From the NCBI RefSeq assembly GCF_002105155.1, contig NW_019029003.1, forward strand, positions 310,001-374,000: a DNA stretch of 64,000 bases, read 5' to 3'. Numbering within the stretch: the first letter of the stretch is position 1; the number at the start of each line of letters is the position of its first letter. The notes under the pieces were generated by a model that saw only the letters and a program-made list of their open reading frames with translations, did not search any database and was not told the DNA's origin. The position numbers were made by a program, and so were the translations under genes. Shown one piece after another: positions 63,775 through 64,000 of the stretch. This stretch comes from Lobosporangium transversale. Taxonomy: Eukaryota.

Positions 63775-64000
63775 ATGTACCCTCAATCAGGACATCCCTA
63801 TGGCCATCCTCAACCTGGCCACCATGCCCAACAACATCCCCAGCAACCGCCTCCACCTTATGGCTGGACTGGTTACCCTCAGGTGCCTGTTAGTTCACCT
63901 TACACCCCTCTTCCGCACCTACACCAGCCAAGCCAGCATCCACACGCACACGCGCACACAGCACAGCATCATCCATATTACCAGGCTGCTCACCGTCCGA
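63775..64000 (+). CDS. 5' fragment of a His/Pro/Gln-rich protein (runs off window end)
   Basis: ATG 63775 opens MYPQSGHPYGHPQPGHHAQQHPQQPPPPYGWTGYPQ... with no stop to 64000, after a pyrimidine-rich leader; divergent from LONRF. Confidence 0.55.
   Translation, partial: MYPQSGHPYGHPQPGHHAQQHPQQPPPPYGWTGYPQVPVSSPYTPLPHLHQPSQHPHAHAHTAQHHPYYQAAHRP

Overview
Eukaryotic, intron-rich fungal genomic DNA. Gene content, the intronless F-box/LRR gene and long poly-A/poly-T tracts in short GT-AG introns suggest Mucoromycota, probably Mortierellaceae (inference). About 21 protein-coding loci are supported: NAD-GDH (3' end), palmitoyl-protein thioesterase, a ~1109-aa disordered+WD40 protein, RPN2, GAR1, an FHA tail-anchored protein, a Thr-rich membrane mucin, a divergent importin-alpha-like protein, a J-domain protein, CDC45, a Vps39/TGFBRAP1-like protein, RPL28/uL15, an amino acid permease, F-box/LRR, SWIRM, a PHYHIP-C-like protein, a CoA-type Nudix, nitronate monooxygenase, CCDC47, LONRF and a partial 5' CDS at the right edge. 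There is also a GST pseudogene with three in-frame stops and two MITE-like elements. Most notable: (1) the WD40 protein resembles animal PALB2 in architecture and in several motifs; (2) an intronless PHYHIP C-terminal-domain protein with a possible ADP-ribosyltransferase-like motif layout; (3) an H/ACA-like structured element inside the GAR1 intron; (4) a 98-bp hAT-type MITE with an exact 8-bp TSD. All family assignments come from recalled motifs; no searches were run. Splice junctions were inferred by eye.
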